A stretch of 64,000 nucleotides of DNA from Minisyncoccota bacterium (GCA_036405175.1 DASWYC010000002.1:467714-531713), one strand, 5' to 3'; positions 8,481-19,321 are shown, counted from the first letter of the stretch. Made by a program: numbers and translations. The notes: a model not told the origin generated them from the letters alone.

Positions 8481-10334
8481 TTATTCAACCTTTTTAAACA
8501 CAATACCGTGTTGAGAAAGCAGTGCTTCATACTCTTCTTGTTCAAGCGTTTCTTTATCAAGAAGTTCATTGGCAATAATATCAAGAAGATTTTTATTTTC
8601 TTTCACGAGTTTTTCTGCTCGAGCTAAGGCGTCAGTAATAATACGCGTCACTTCTGCATCAATAGTTTGAAGAGTTTTTTCTGCATACGCAGTTTGAGTA
8701 CGATCTGCATAAATTGAATGAGAATTCACTACTTCATATGCAACCGGCCCGAGCGTATCGCTCATTCCAAAACGTGACACCATAGCACGAGCAACATTGG
8801 TTACGTTTTCAAGATCACCCGACGGTCCTGTGCTTACATCACCAAATACAAGTTTTTCTGTTACGTATCCTCCGAGTGTCATAGTAATATCATCAAAGTA
8901 CTCAGCGCGAGTACGGAGCTTCTTTTCTTCAAGGGGAAGCTTCATGGTGTAACCACCTGCATTTCCACGCTGCACAATTGATACGCGGTGCACCGGATCC
9001 GCATCAGGAAGGAGCGTTGCTAACAGTGCATGCCCTGCTTCATGGTACGCAACTAATTTACGCTCATGTTCTGTGTGCAAGTGATTAAGACGTTCTGGCC
9101 CAATCAATACTTTATCTACTGATGACAAAATATCTTCAAGAGAAATGGTTGATGATTCTCTACGCGCTGCTTTAATGGCAGCTTCATTCATGAGTGACTC
9201 AAGATCAGCTCCGGAAAATCCTGATGTTCTGCGCGCCACCACTGCAAGATCAATTCCTTCTTCAAGCGGCTTATTCTTTGCATGAATTTCCAAAATATCT
9301 TTGCGATCTTTTCTGTCAGGTACATCCAAAAATACTCTGCGGTCAAAACGCCCCGGACGCAACAATGCTGGATCGAGTACATCTTCTCGGTTGGTAGCAG
9401 CAATAACTACCAGCTTTTCTTTTGGCTCAAAGCCATCCATTTCTACCAGAATTTGATTGAGGGTTTGTTCACGCTCATCATTTCCTCCTCCAATCCCAAC
9501 TCCGCGGGAACGTCCTACGGCATCAATCTCATCAATAAAAATAATTGCCGGAGCAGTTTTACGAGCCATATCAAAAAGATCACGTACGCGAGATGCTCCA
9601 ACTCCCACAAACATTTCAACAAATTCTGATCCAGACAAATGGAAGAATGCAACCCCAGCTTCTCCTGCCACCGCACGAGCAAGCAGGGTCTTTCCGGTTC
9701 CCGGTGAACCTACGAGCAAGACTCCCTTGGGAATCTTTGCACCAACTTTAAAAAACTTTTCTGGTGTTTTTAAAAACTCAACAACTTCTCTGAGTTCATT
9801 CTTTGCGGTTTTGTTTCCTGCAACTTCGTTAAAAGTAACTTTTTTATCTTTCTCTCCGGCAAGCTTTGCTTTGCTTTGTCCAAATGAGAATGCCTTCATG
9901 GCACCTCCACCACCCTGCATGCTTTTGCTAAGGAACCACATAATCAGCAGGAACAAAATAATTGGTGAAAAGAGTGGCAAAATACGTAGCAATGTATTAC
10001 CAAACGTCTTTTGGCTTTTTACGGTAATATCAAGCTTGCTGAGCTGCTCTGGAGTTACAGCAAAGCGTGAAATAGTTTCTGTAAATGAAGTGTTTGCCTC
10101 CTTGGTGGCACGCTGTTCTTCTTTGCCGACAGTAAGCACAATGTCTTCACCATTAATTTCAATCTTACTTACTTTATCTTCTTTAATAAGGGTTGCAACT
10201 TCTGCCAAAGAAAGACGCTCAGGCTTAGCGAACATACTTCCTCGGTTGACAATAAGGGTAATAACGAGCGAAATAACCACTGCCCAACCAATGTAAATAA
10301 TAAGATCGAGCGCATTGCTATTTTTCTTTTTCAT
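8481..10334 (-). CDS. ftsH: ATP-dependent zinc metalloprotease FtsH
   Basis: Two TMs, [30 protein letters not shown]. Confidence 0.97.
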   Translation of the reverse strand: MKKKNSNALDLIIYIGWAVVISLVITLIVNRGSMFAKPERLSLAEVATLIKEDKVSKIEINGEDIVLTVGKEEQRATKEANTSFTETISRFAVTPEQLSKLDITVKSQKTFGNTLLRILPLFSPIILFLLIMWFLSKSMQGGGGAMKAFSFGQSKAKLAGEKDKKVTFNEVAGNKTAKNELREVVEFLKTPEKFFKVGAKIPKGVLLVGSPGTGKTLLARAVAGEAGVAFFHLSGSEFVEMFVGVGASRVRDLFDMARKTAPAIIFIDEIDAVGRSRGVGIGGGNDEREQTLNQILVEMDGFEPKEKLVVIAATNREDVLDPALLRPGRFDRRVFLDVPDRKDRKDILEIHAKNKPLEEGIDLAVVARRTSGFSGADLESLMNEAAIKAARRESSTISLEDILSSVDKVLIGPERLNHLHTEHERKLVAYHEAGHALLATLLPDADPVHRVSIVQRGNAGGYTMKLPLEEKKLRTRAEYFDDITMTLGGYVTEKLVFGDVSTGPSGDLENVTNVARAMVSRFGMSDTLGPVAYEVVNSHSIYADRTQTAYAEKTLQTIDAEVTRIITDALARAEKLVKENKNLLDIIANELLDKETLEQEEYEALLSQHGIVFKKVE

Positions 10335-10369
10335 GCGATTAAGTATAGCAAAAATTGAGCTGGCGTCTA

Positions 10370-10409
10370 ATAAAAAAATCCCTACCTCAAAAATAGTGAC
10401 AGGGATTCT
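10370..10409 (-). terminator. intrinsic terminator
   Basis: Minus strand AATCCCTGTC...GGTAGGGATTTTTTT. Confidence 0.55.
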
Positions 10410-10471
10410 GAGTTAAATTGCTGTTGATTATTAATTAGTACTAATTTAACCTGCTTTTTATAAAAAGTCAA

Positions 10472-11008
10472 TTATTGATTCATTCCCTCCAATGCATTCC
10501 AGATCTCCTGCTGAATTGCCTCATAATCCGGTAATTCTTGTGCTTCTGCCACCCCAACTGATCGCAAAAATTCTCCGGTGGGTACCAGATAGGTTTGATC
10601 AGCATTTTTTTCTTCTTCAATGAGCCCACGCATCAAAAGTACACGCACAATAAATCGTGATGAAACGCCACGTAAGTAATCAAGCTGGCTACGGGTGATT
10701 CTGTCACCGTAGGCAATAAGTGAAAGTGTTTCTGCTTGAACCGGCGTAAGTACTCCTGCTGATTCTTCATCAATCAACCGTGTTAAATCTTTTCCCAGTG
10801 ATGGGTCAGTCACTAATGCAATGTCTTTTTTTGAAATCAAGACCGCAAGCCCTGTCCCTTCTAAGCGAGTTTTAACTATGTTTCCTATCTGATTGAATTC
10901 ATCACCTTCAAGATTAAAAAGTTTTTCACATACCTCACGTCCAATTACACGAGCCTGAGTATATAAATATGCGGTTAAGAGTGTCGCCTTGTCGTTGAGA
11001 CTATTCAT
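10472..11008 (-). CDS. scpB: SMC-Scp complex subunit ScpB
   Basis: LTPVQAETLSLIAY..ITRSQLDYLRGV...LLMRGLI. Confidence 0.85.
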   Translation of the reverse strand: MNSLNDKATLLTAYLYTQARVIGREVCEKLFNLEGDEFNQIGNIVKTRLEGTGLAVLISKKDIALVTDPSLGKDLTRLIDEESAGVLTPVQAETLSLIAYGDRITRSQLDYLRGVSSRFIVRVLLMRGLIEEEKNADQTYLVPTGEFLRSVGVAEAQELPDYEAIQQEIWNALEGMNQ

Positions 11009-11012
11009 AGAA

Positions 11013-11795
11013 TTATTGTAGCAAATCAGGATCTTTTTTAATAATCACAAACTCATCACCGTCAATTTCAAGATCTAAATCGCCATGACGCACTTCTTCC
11101 AAAATTGAAACAAATGAAATTGCCACGTGTTTGCGACGCACCGCTGGTGTATAGTCTTCCGGATGAAGCAGCGTCTCATGGAGTTTAGTAAACACACCGC
11201 TCAGTGGAATACGTTTTTGTGAATCAAAAAGACTATTAGTCACACGCTGCACAATATTTTTAATTTCGTGAATCGGCACTACTTTGCGCACGATCACTTT
11301 TTTATGCACCACTTCCTCACGTTCTTTCTTCACTTCTCCCTGCAAAATATTTTGTACGAGTGTTCGCATAAGTGACGGCTTGAGTGATGGATCAGATCTA
11401 AAGTGCGCTTCAATAATTTGCGCACGTTGTGGCAACCAAACTCTATACGCTTTTGCCATTTTTTGAATCTGCAAAATAGTGCTGCGCATGCGAGCAAGAA
11501 TTTCCAACTTTTGTGTCATCAGTACCACCTCCTGTTCTTCTTCAGAAGACGACCCTAATAAGTATGATGACTTGGCCACCACCAACACCGAGAGTACATA
11601 TATAAGTGAAACTACCTCATCATGAGAAATTCCTTCAACCTCGCTAATATATCTGCTGAAATCATCAACCAAACTACTAAGAGAAATAGTAGAAACGGAG
11701 AGCTTTTTTTTATCAAGTAAGTCAAGGAGCGCATCAAGTGGTCCCTCAAACTCGTCTGTTTTTGCAACAAAATTTTCTGATAAAGTAACATTCAT
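11013..11795 (-). CDS. scpA: segregation/condensation protein ScpA
   Basis: FEGPLDALLDLL N-terminus, FVSILE C-terminus, adjacent to scpB. Confidence 0.8.
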   Translation of the reverse strand: MNVTLSENFVAKTDEFEGPLDALLDLLDKKKLSVSTISLSSLVDDFSRYISEVEGISHDEVVSLIYVLSVLVVAKSSYLLGSSSEEEQEVVLMTQKLEILARMRSTILQIQKMAKAYRVWLPQRAQIIEAHFRSDPSLKPSLMRTLVQNILQGEVKKEREEVVHKKVIVRKVVPIHEIKNIVQRVTNSLFDSQKRIPLSGVFTKLHETLLHPEDYTPAVRRKHVAISFVSILEEVRHGDLDLEIDGDEFVIIKKDPDLLQ

Positions 11796-11810
11796 TGTCT
11801 TTAGTATATA

Positions 11811-12377
11811 TTATTCTTGATTATATGGCTTATTATCTATAATTCTTTGTGCAGTTTCTGGACTGAACGCAAATCCTACCTTTGAATAAGCATCCTCAAC
11901 TGCCTCAAATTCTTTACCCTCAAGATTAGCGCGTTCAATATAGGCTCTCACCGCTTGTTCATTCAGATCTCTAACATTTCCCACTAAATTCTTCGCAGAA
12001 CCCTTAAGGTCTTCTACAAAGAATTTAATGTCATTGACATGTAGTCCAGACCCAATTCCTCTGATCACATTTATTTTATCTTCTATCGTTTGTACATTAA
12101 TTTGATTTAGCGCTGGATTAACTTTTACGAGCTCATCATAAAATTCTTCCACCTGAGCGGACACATCTACAACATTCATTTGATCAAATAATTTATCTCC
12201 GTATTTAAAGGTCACTTCTTTGGTAAAATCACCAAGCTCCCACTTTTGACCAAAATCATTGTCAACTTCTAAATTTTTATAATCTTTAGACTTTGTGAGT
12301 TCCAAAACTTCTGATACAAATTCACTACTTTTAAACTTTTCTTGTTGAGCATTCGCCCCAAAGCCTTTTTCAATCAT
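11811..12377 (-). CDS. hypothetical protein
   Basis: 188-aa ORF; TATACT lies 6 nt before ATG 12377. Confidence 0.7.
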   Translation of the reverse strand: MIEKGFGANAQQEKFKSSEFVSEVLELTKSKDYKNLEVDNDFGQKWELGDFTKEVTFKYGDKLFDQMNVVDVSAQVEEFYDELVKVNPALNQINVQTIEDKINVIRGIGSGLHVNDIKFFVEDLKGSAKNLVGNVRDLNEQAVRAYIERANLEGKEFEAVEDAYSKVGFAFSPETAQRIIDNKPYNQE

Positions 12378-12446
12378 GGTCATAGTATAAAACCTTTTTA
12401 CTCGTTATAAAAGCCTAAGTTTTATTAAATATGCTAAAATAGCCCC

Positions 12447-13229
12447 ATGAAAGACCTCATTATTTTTGATACAGAAACAACCGGAAATACCAGTTCAGAT
12501 TTCTTGTGCCAACTAGCATACAAAGCCGTTGGAGAACAAGAAATCACCATTATCTATGCCAAACCACCAAAAGCAATTCCATTTGAAGCAATGGCAACAC
12601 ACCATATTACCGAGAAGCGCGTAGCTAATGAACCAGCGTTTCAAGAGAACCCTCAATATGCAGACGTGAAAGCATTGTTTGAAAATCCTAACACGATTGC
12701 GATTGCACACAATGCACCTTTTGATGTTGCTATTTTGAAGAATGACAAGATCAATGTTGCAACCATGCTCGATACCTGCAAAGTTGCCGCTCACACAAAA
12801 AAATATCACAATGCAGAACGTAATGGCCTTCAGTATTTGCGCTACTTTTTTGATATTGATATTCCTTTGAGTGAAGCACTTCCCCATAGCGCAGAAGGAG
12901 ATGTATTGGTGCTAGAAAAGATTTTCATTAAATTGCGCGATATTATTATGCAGCATGAAAATAAATCAGAAGAAGAAGCGTTGGCTGAAATGTTGCGACT
13001 CAGCACCGCACCGCTCATGATTGAGACCATCACCTTTGGAAAATACAAAGGACGCAAAGTACTTGATATTGCTGTTGAAGATAAACGATACTTGCAATGG
13101 CTCTATGATGAAAAACTTAAAAATACCGAACAGGATGAAACTGATTGGCTCCGTACTTTGGAGCGTGCGCTGGGAATTCCAACCCCACCAACCAATTTAT
13201 TTGAAGATGCGTTTATTCAGTACGAATAA
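12447..13229 (+). CDS. DEDDh 3'-5' exonuclease (ExoX/DnaQ-like) with C-terminal FGKYKG domain
   Basis: FDTETTG, AHNAPFD, HSAEGDV, ITFGKYKG..YLQWL. Confidence 0.85.
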   Translation: MKDLIIFDTETTGNTSSDFLCQLAYKAVGEQEITIIYAKPPKAIPFEAMATHHITEKRVANEPAFQENPQYADVKALFENPNTIAIAHNAPFDVAILKNDKINVATMLDTCKVAAHTKKYHNAERNGLQYLRYFFDIDIPLSEALPHSAEGDVLVLEKIFIKLRDIIMQHENKSEEEALAEMLRLSTAPLMIETITFGKYKGRKVLDIAVEDKRYLQWLYDEKLKNTEQDETDWLRTLERALGIPTPPTNLFEDAFIQYE

Positions 13230-13230
13230 C

Positions 13231-13257
13231 AAAAGGTCTCTTTTTAAGAGACCTTTT
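13231..13257. terminator. bidirectional terminator
   Basis: AAAAGGTCTC-N7-GAGACCTTTT between convergent genes. Confidence 0.75.
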
Positions 13258-13268
13258 GATTTAAAAAG

Positions 13269-13694
13269 TTAATCCTCTCTCGCCTGTGGCAATGCAAGCA
13301 GTAGATAATATCCTTGAAAATCTTTTATAAGTTCGAAGGGCTCGGCTTCAATTAAGCCGGATTCTTCTAACCAAAAAACAATAGGTCGTTCTTGTGTTGA
13401 TTTTCTTGAAAGAGCGATGATCCGCTTGTTAATAAGCTCAGGATACTTTTTAGTATCCCTCAGAATAATTTCAATAATACCTGCACCAAACCTACCCGCT
13501 TCACAAGCATCTGACACAACTTCATATGCCTTTACATTTATATCTGAATCTGTAATAGGAAGAAGGGTTAGCTTGTAATAGCGATGGCTCTGCCACCAAA
13601 GACCCTCAACACCGTACCCGGTATTAATTTCTTCTCCAAATTTACCTTGGAGATCATTTAGCAGATTTGTTATTTGCCGTTCAATTGTTTTCAT
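13269..13694 (-). CDS. orphan hypothetical protein
   Basis: 141-aa ORF with its own TTGACA-17-CATAAT promoter (13749-13721). Confidence 0.65.
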   Translation of the reverse strand: MKTIERQITNLLNDLQGKFGEEINTGYGVEGLWWQSHRYYKLTLLPITDSDINVKAYEVVSDACEAGRFGAGIIEIILRDTKKYPELINKRIIALSRKSTQERPIVFWLEESGLIEAEPFELIKDFQGYYLLLALPQARED

Positions 13695-13794
13695 CTTTGT
13701 ATAAGGTTTTATTTATGAGCATTATGTTATTAAAAGTAAGAAATGTCAATTAATAGGACCTGCTCAAAATGATGAAATCCGCTATACTGGAATT

Positions 13795-14874
13795 ATGAAT
13801 CCTCTACTCATTATTCTCATTGTTTTAGCAATAGTAATTATTGTGATTTTGATCAACGTTCTTAAAAAGTTGAACGCCCCAAAAGACAGCAGTGCCCAAA
13901 CCTTGGCAGAAAACTTGGAGGCAACGCGATTGCTTCATCAGGAGCTTTCTCGTACCCGTGATTCTTTGGGGGCAAAAATTGATTTTACGCAACAGTCAGC
14001 GAGTGAATCTATTGAACGCCAACTACGCCATCAGATGAGTGAGGTGCAAAAAATGACAGAAGAACTTGTGCGTGTTCAGGAAGGAACCAAAAAGATTGAA
14101 GGGTTTGCAACACAGCTTCAATCGCTTCAGGATATTCTCAAAAATTCAAAACAGCGTGGAAATCTTGGTGAATACTACTTGGAAAGCGGGCTCCAAAATG
14201 TTCTCTCATCAAAGAATTACCAGATGCAGTATAGATTTGCTAATAATGAAGCGGTTGATGCGGTAATCTTTGTGAAAGAAAAACTCATTCCAATTGATGC
14301 AAAGTTTTCACTTGAGAACTATGAACGACTCATCACCGCAAGCAACAATACCGATAGAGAAACATACATTCGTGCATTCAAAAATGATTTCAAAAAGCGT
14401 ATTGATGAAACATCAAAGTATGTGCGTCCAGAAGAAAACACCATGGACTTTGCGTTTATGTTTATTCCAAGTGAAGCAATTTATTACGATGTTTTGATTG
14501 CAGAAGTTGGTGCGGTAAAAATTAATACGCAAGATTTGATTGAGTATGCGTTCCAAAAGAAAGTACTCATTGTTTCACCTACTACCCTGTTGGCATTTTT
14601 GCAGACCGTTTTGCAAGGACTCAGAATGCTTCAGATTGAAGAACGCGCACATGAGATTCAACAGGAAGTTGGTAAACTCTCGAAACATTTTTATGCGTTG
14701 TCTGATGTGATTGGAAAACTTGGAAAGTCGTTGCAGGTTTCAAATAATCATTATGATTCAATTGAAAAAGAATACCGAAAGATTGGAAAAGATATTATGG
14801 CTATTTCTGGTGAAGTGGTTCCATTGATTGAAAAAGTAGAAAGAGGTGGAACACTTAATTTAATTGAGGAATAA
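13795..14874 (+). CDS. rmuC: DNA recombination protein RmuC
   Basis: N-terminal TM, KQRGNLGE, IPIDAKFS, DFAFMFIPSEAIY, VSPTTL. Confidence 0.93.
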   Translation: MNPLLIILIVLAIVIIVILINVLKKLNAPKDSSAQTLAENLEATRLLHQELSRTRDSLGAKIDFTQQSASESIERQLRHQMSEVQKMTEELVRVQEGTKKIEGFATQLQSLQDILKNSKQRGNLGEYYLESGLQNVLSSKNYQMQYRFANNEAVDAVIFVKEKLIPIDAKFSLENYERLITASNNTDRETYIRAFKNDFKKRIDETSKYVRPEENTMDFAFMFIPSEAIYYDVLIAEVGAVKINTQDLIEYAFQKKVLIVSPTTLLAFLQTVLQGLRMLQIEERAHEIQQEVGKLSKHFYALSDVIGKLGKSLQVSNNHYDSIEKEYRKIGKDIMAISGEVVPLIEKVERGGTLNLIEE

Positions 14875-14876
14875 GA

Positions 14877-14901
14877 AAAGTCGTATGTTGTACGACTTTT
14901 T
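14877..14901. terminator. bidirectional terminator
   Basis: AAAAGTCGTA-TGTTG-TACGACTTTT. Confidence 0.75.
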
Positions 14902-14921
14902 AATTTTATTTATAACCCTAT

Positions 14922-15611
14922 TTACTTTATTGACTTACTTTTAAAAGATATTGGCTTAATAACTTCCCTTAAATGTTTTTCTCTCAACACAAACATCGTG
15001 CTAAAAAGAATTCTACTCGTTGGTTTTATTTTTTTGAATTTGACCTTGCCATTCTCTTTTCTAATAAGAACAACTTTACCTTCCACCATTCTTGAAGTAA
15101 GATACCACGGCGTATCAATAAGATATGCCTTCTTCCTTAGGTCGTGAAGGAATACAACCAGCCATTCCTCTATGCTTAAAACAATGTTATTACTTAACGA
15201 CTTTTCAAGAAGAGATGCCTTTACTTGATGATCCCTGGATGACTTGAACCACTTTTCATTCATTCGAATAAGCCACAAAGAAGAGTTTATATGTTCTTCG
15301 TGTAGATCTACGAATTTCATCATATGGGATAAAAGATGTGGCATACGGATTGAAGTATTAAGGTTTGATGCCATAAACATTTTTACCCACCCTCTCTCGA
15401 AGTTTTCCAAAGCAAGTCCTCCATTTTTCTTTAGAAAAAGATGTCCGCTTCTACTTAAAAGTGGCAGACACTCTGTAGTGAAATCCTGAAAGTATTCTTT
15501 CTGAAAACATACTAAATTTTGTTGTAAAAACTTTACGTTATTATTGAAAACACGAAATTTATGGATTACCTTCATCGAGGGTTCCACACTTACTTTACGA
15601 GCTGCTAACAT
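14922..15611 (-). CDS. orphan basic hypothetical protein
   Basis: 229-aa ORF; TTGCTT-17-TATAGT promoter (15678-15650). Confidence 0.6.
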   Translation of the reverse strand: MLAARKVSVEPSMKVIHKFRVFNNNVKFLQQNLVCFQKEYFQDFTTECLPLLSRSGHLFLKKNGGLALENFERGWVKMFMASNLNTSIRMPHLLSHMMKFVDLHEEHINSSLWLIRMNEKWFKSSRDHQVKASLLEKSLSNNIVLSIEEWLVVFLHDLRKKAYLIDTPWYLTSRMVEGKVVLIRKENGKVKFKKIKPTSRILFSTMFVLREKHLREVIKPISFKSKSIK

Positions 15612-15773
15612 GCCGGTTTGTTTTGTTGTTAAAAATTATTTTGACCAACACTATACAATACTTTACATAATGAAGCAAGTCCTTCGTTGAAAATTCCATT
15701 AAAAATGATATGATTTCCCTATCGGTTATACACTAGGATACAAAGTGGACTGATTACATAGTGTTTCAAATAC

Positions 15774-15845
15774 GGCCCTATCGTCTATCGGTTAGGACAC
15801 AGGATTCTCATTCCTGGAAGCGGGGTTCGATTCCCCGTAGGGTCA
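15774..15845 (+). tRNA. tRNA-Glu(CUC)
   Basis: Acceptor GGCCCTA/TAGGGTC, anticodon arm CAGGA-TT CTC AT-TCCTG, T arm CGGGG-TTCGATT-CCCCG. Confidence 0.92.
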
Positions 15846-15950
15846 CACTCTTCTAACACAATTCTTAATTGATTTACTATAATTTTAAATCATGGTAAAT
15901 AAAAAGAACCTAGAATTAACTAGGTCCCTAAAGTAAACTTTTGAAAACTT

Positions 15951-16457
15951 TCAAGCAAGAGCTGACATTTGAATTTCCTGCTGCAACCTATCAAATTCAT
16001 CACCATCCACCATCTTTTTTTCTTGAAGCCTGGTTAGTGCAGCCTGTGCATCTTTTTTTGTACGAAGGTCAGTCGTATAACCACTCTTAGTGTAAATCCT
16101 CCCATGATTGCCACATGATTTGCATACTTTAAAGTATGCAAACTCTACAGGCTCGTCAGGAGAACTAAGGATGTCATTAAGTGAAGATATCGCAAGCAAA
16201 AACCCAATTATACCCGGGAAACCACTTGCAAAGAAGGGCTCTGAGCTATCTTCGCTTTCTGGCATCTTTTCAGCATCCAAGACCTGCTCTCTCATTGTCA
16301 AGAATTCATCGTGAGTTATATCACCCTTACTAACAAGTTCGCCGATTTTCTTATAGGCTTCATGTTTTGTTTTAATCACCAAACTTTCTGCGCCTGATTC
16401 AAATTTAATAGTTAGTTCTTTGCCATCTTTTGAGAACTCAAGGATATTACCTTTCAT
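15951..16457 (-). CDS. orphan hypothetical protein with two SHOCT-like helical repeats and a CxxC-H motif
   Basis: KTKHEAYKKIGELVSKGDITHDEF vs RTKKDAQAALTRLQEKKMVDGDEF; CKSCGNH. Terminator at 15901-15929. Confidence 0.6.
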   Translation of the reverse strand: MKGNILEFSKDGKELTIKFESGAESLVIKTKHEAYKKIGELVSKGDITHDEFLTMREQVLDAEKMPESEDSSEPFFASGFPGIIGFLLAISSLNDILSSPDEPVEFAYFKVCKSCGNHGRIYTKSGYTTDLRTKKDAQAALTRLQEKKMVDGDEFDRLQQEIQMSALA

Positions 16458-16589
16458 TGTTTTCTATTTTTAGAGTTATGAATATGTTTTTAAAGCCGGA
16501 ACTCCGGACAGGTTCTAGAGTAATATAACATACATACGATAAAAGTCAATATAAACTCCATTTTCAGCTATAATCAAAAATAATGTATC

Positions 16590-17261
16590 CTACCAATGGA
16601 TTTCCTTCTTCCCCCACTTCTTCAAATACTCATTACACTTTGAAAAATGTTTACATCCAAAAAATCCTGAGTGTGCAGAAAATGGTGACGGATGTGCAGC
16701 TTCTAATACTAAATGTTTACCTGTATCAATCAAAACTTTTTTACTCTTTGCAAAACTTCCCCATAACATAAAGACCACATGTTCGTGATGTTCAGAAACT
16801 CTTGTAATCACTTCATCAGTAAATTGCTCCCACCCTTTTCCTTGATGTGATGCTGGTGTACTCGCAACAACGGATAAAATTGCATTCAATAAAAATACTC
16901 CCTGCTGCGCCCAGCCTTCAAGATTTCCATTGGTAAAATCTTTTTTGATTCCTAAATCATCTTCAATTTCTTTGTAGATATTTTGAAGTGATGGTGGAAC
17001 CCGCACACCATTTGGAACAGAAAAAGATAAACCATGCGCCTGCCCTGCACCATGATAAGGGTCTTGCCCCAAGATAACCACTTTTACCTGAGAAAATGGT
17101 GTGAGCCAAAATGCTTTAAAAATATCTGCGGGTAACGGGTATACGCGTTTAGCTTGATACTCACTCCGCACAAAATCACTCAATGTTGCAAACGTATCTA
17201 ATGCAAAGAAATCACCCAATTCTGCTTTCCACTCTGGTTCAATGGCAACTTCCTTCTTCAT
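16590..17261 (-). CDS. ung: uracil-DNA glycosylase (family 1)
   Basis: VVILGQDPYHG, PPSLQNIYKE, HPSPFSA. Confidence 0.97.
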   Translation of the reverse strand: MKKEVAIEPEWKAELGDFFALDTFATLSDFVRSEYQAKRVYPLPADIFKAFWLTPFSQVKVVILGQDPYHGAGQAHGLSFSVPNGVRVPPSLQNIYKEIEDDLGIKKDFTNGNLEGWAQQGVFLLNAILSVVASTPASHQGKGWEQFTDEVITRVSEHHEHVVFMLWGSFAKSKKVLIDTGKHLVLEAAHPSPFSAHSGFFGCKHFSKCNEYLKKWGKKEIHW

Positions 17262-17293
17262 GTTTCTAGTATACGCGCCAAATGCGCAGGGTG

Positions 17294-18067
17294 CTACTGA
17301 GTATCTAAACAAGCCATGGTTTGCGCCATCTTAGCAGTATGTTGCTCCCAGGTGCTGTATACGTCGATATCAAATCCAGTATCAACAAGTTTTTCTGCAT
17401 TTACTACTTGGAATTTTCCAATAGCATTCACGAGATCTTGATTCATAACTCCGGTTGCTTTGCCAAAGTAGTATCCTTCTTTATTCAAAAACCATTGAAC
17501 TCTAATAATATCTTCGCGACTACTATCTTTTGTTATGGTGAGTGGAATACGATCAGCACACGCACGTGCAATGTCTGCATCAATATTTTCTGTTGGCACT
17601 ACCACCTTCTCACGAAACGATTGGATAAATCCTGATTGCTGAGTATACAATCGCCCCTGCACCACATCGCGGTACGATACGGTCATTCCTTTTCCGGTTG
17701 GTTGATTTTGAAGTTCAAGGATAAGTGAATTCCCCTGTGCTGCTACATACATAACAGGATTCAATGAACCGTCATCAATCACACTGAATTGGGTTGGCTT
17801 TGGCTGTACGGTATTAATGATAGTATCTGGAAATACAATGTATACACGATTATCTGTGCTGTACGCACTCAACAATTCTTTTTGAATAGGCAATGGTTCA
17901 GTATTGTTATCTGCAGAAGCAACTTCACCCCCCATACGTGGCTGATCATATACGACCTTGCCCATGTTTGAATACACACTCACAATTAATCCCCCAACAA
18001 TTAAAACCCCAACAGCGAGAGGAGTATACAAATGTTGTTGAGGCTGAGGAGCAGGCTTTTTCTTCAT
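17294..18067 (-). CDS. membrane-anchored surface protein (Ig/SwmB-like + peptidoglycan-binding domain)
   Basis: N-terminal TM, beta-rich middle region, DIIRVQWFLNKEGYY..ATG.....VNAIGKFQ. Confidence 0.55.
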   Translation of the reverse strand: MKKKPAPQPQQHLYTPLAVGVLIVGGLIVSVYSNMGKVVYDQPRMGGEVASADNNTEPLPIQKELLSAYSTDNRVYIVFPDTIINTVQPKPTQFSVIDDGSLNPVMYVAAQGNSLILELQNQPTGKGMTVSYRDVVQGRLYTQQSGFIQSFREKVVVPTENIDADIARACADRIPLTITKDSSREDIIRVQWFLNKEGYYFGKATGVMNQDLVNAIGKFQVVNAEKLVDTGFDIDVYSTWEQHTAKMAQTMACLDTQ

Positions 18068-18110
18068 AGACTAAGTATATCAAGCGCAATCCTACGATAA
18101 TGTGGATATG

Positions 18111-19145
18111 TTACCGAGTAACCTTAACTTCAATGCTTGCACCAGTAGTATCCGCTGGTACTTCTGTAGGCACCTTGGTGCGCCCGTTAAACCAGAGTAA
18201 GGCACCAATAATAACCACTAAGATTAGTACATCAAAGAGAATCTCTCGGTATTTGATTTGCGCATGGAGTAGATTTGCAATGACAAATGCGATTAGGACG
18301 ATAAGGAGAATTGATACAAGAATGATTCTATTTAACAATCGTGGCGAGGTTGAAATTTCATTAAATGTACGCTGAAGCCACGTCTGTTTGGCAGTAGCGC
18401 CAAGAACAGCTGGTGTTGCAGGTGCAGAAGCCACTACATCACCCGCCGCTTGCTGAACAGAACCTTGCGGTACTTTTGGTGCATTTGCTGCAAGAGGACG
18501 AATTGGCTGAGTAAGGGCAATTTCTCGCATTTTAAGCGCCTTCTGCGCATGAGCATAGACTGAATAGCGTTGCCCACTTGGTGGAGCGGCAAAGAACTGT
18601 ACTACATAGGTAGTTTTGTTTCCTTTATATACTCCCTCTGCCAAACCAACTCCCGTACGAGTGTATTGAGGCTTAATCAAGTTAGCATAGTGGGTTGGCG
18701 ATGCAATCCACGCCTCTTCAATATCTTTTGAATCAGTAAAGTTTACCGCCAGATTCTCGCCAGCGTACCTATACGTGTAATCAACAGCATCGTACCAAGC
18801 CCATGGTGCAATCCCATCCGGATCAACATGCGAGAAGTATCCCCGCTGAGCCATATCTTCTGCCTTTGCCTGTGCTGCCAAACTTAACAACGGATCTTCA
18901 ACAACTGGTCCAGCCTCTTGCTGTGCACGCGTGTGATTTGTGAGTTCAGTAATAACACTTGCGAGAATAGTTCCATCATGTGTTGCGGTTGATTTTTGAA
19001 TTAAATAAAATCCTTGGACAAGTAATAATCCAACAACAAGCGTAGCAAGGCTTGTACGCGTAAAAAATGCTGGACGTCCATCATATTTTTTATGCGGTGC
19101 AAAATAGCGCTTTAAAAAACTCTGGGGCTTCTTTCCCTTCTTCAT
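18111..19145 (-). CDS. CAP/SCP-domain membrane protein
   Basis: AAQAKAEDMAQRGYFSH, AGENLA, WIASPTHYANL; terminal TMs. Confidence 0.9.
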   Translation of the reverse strand: MKKGKKPQSFLKRYFAPHKKYDGRPAFFTRTSLATLVVGLLLVQGFYLIQKSTATHDGTILASVITELTNHTRAQQEAGPVVEDPLLSLAAQAKAEDMAQRGYFSHVDPDGIAPWAWYDAVDYTYRYAGENLAVNFTDSKDIEEAWIASPTHYANLIKPQYTRTGVGLAEGVYKGNKTTYVVQFFAAPPSGQRYSVYAHAQKALKMREIALTQPIRPLAANAPKVPQGSVQQAAGDVVASAPATPAVLGATAKQTWLQRTFNEISTSPRLLNRIILVSILLIVLIAFVIANLLHAQIKYREILFDVLILVVIIGALLWFNGRTKVPTEVPADTTGASIEVKVTR

Positions 19146-19220
19146 ACTTGTATTATATCAACCAGTCTACCCTGATACCAAGAGGTAACAACAATATCAG
19201 ATATTTGTGTTATGGATTAA

Positions 19221-19255
19221 GGGTGCCGGCATGCGCTTTGCGCATACCGGCGCTC
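19221..19255. repeat. GC-rich palindrome
   Basis: GGGTGCCGGCATGCGC-TTT-GCGCATACCGGCGCTC. Confidence 0.55.
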
Positions 19256-19321
19256 ATCCTAACCAAATACCCTTCAACGACAAAAATCCCACCAGTGTGG
19301 GACTTTTGCCTATGTATGACA

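Noticed and set aside
9457-10296. Long antisense ORFs (also 32609-33181, 35726-36178, 50945-51322, 63183-63680)
   Set aside because: Shadows of ftsH, fusA, bcp, pilin and tuf arising from codon bias; no independent start signals.
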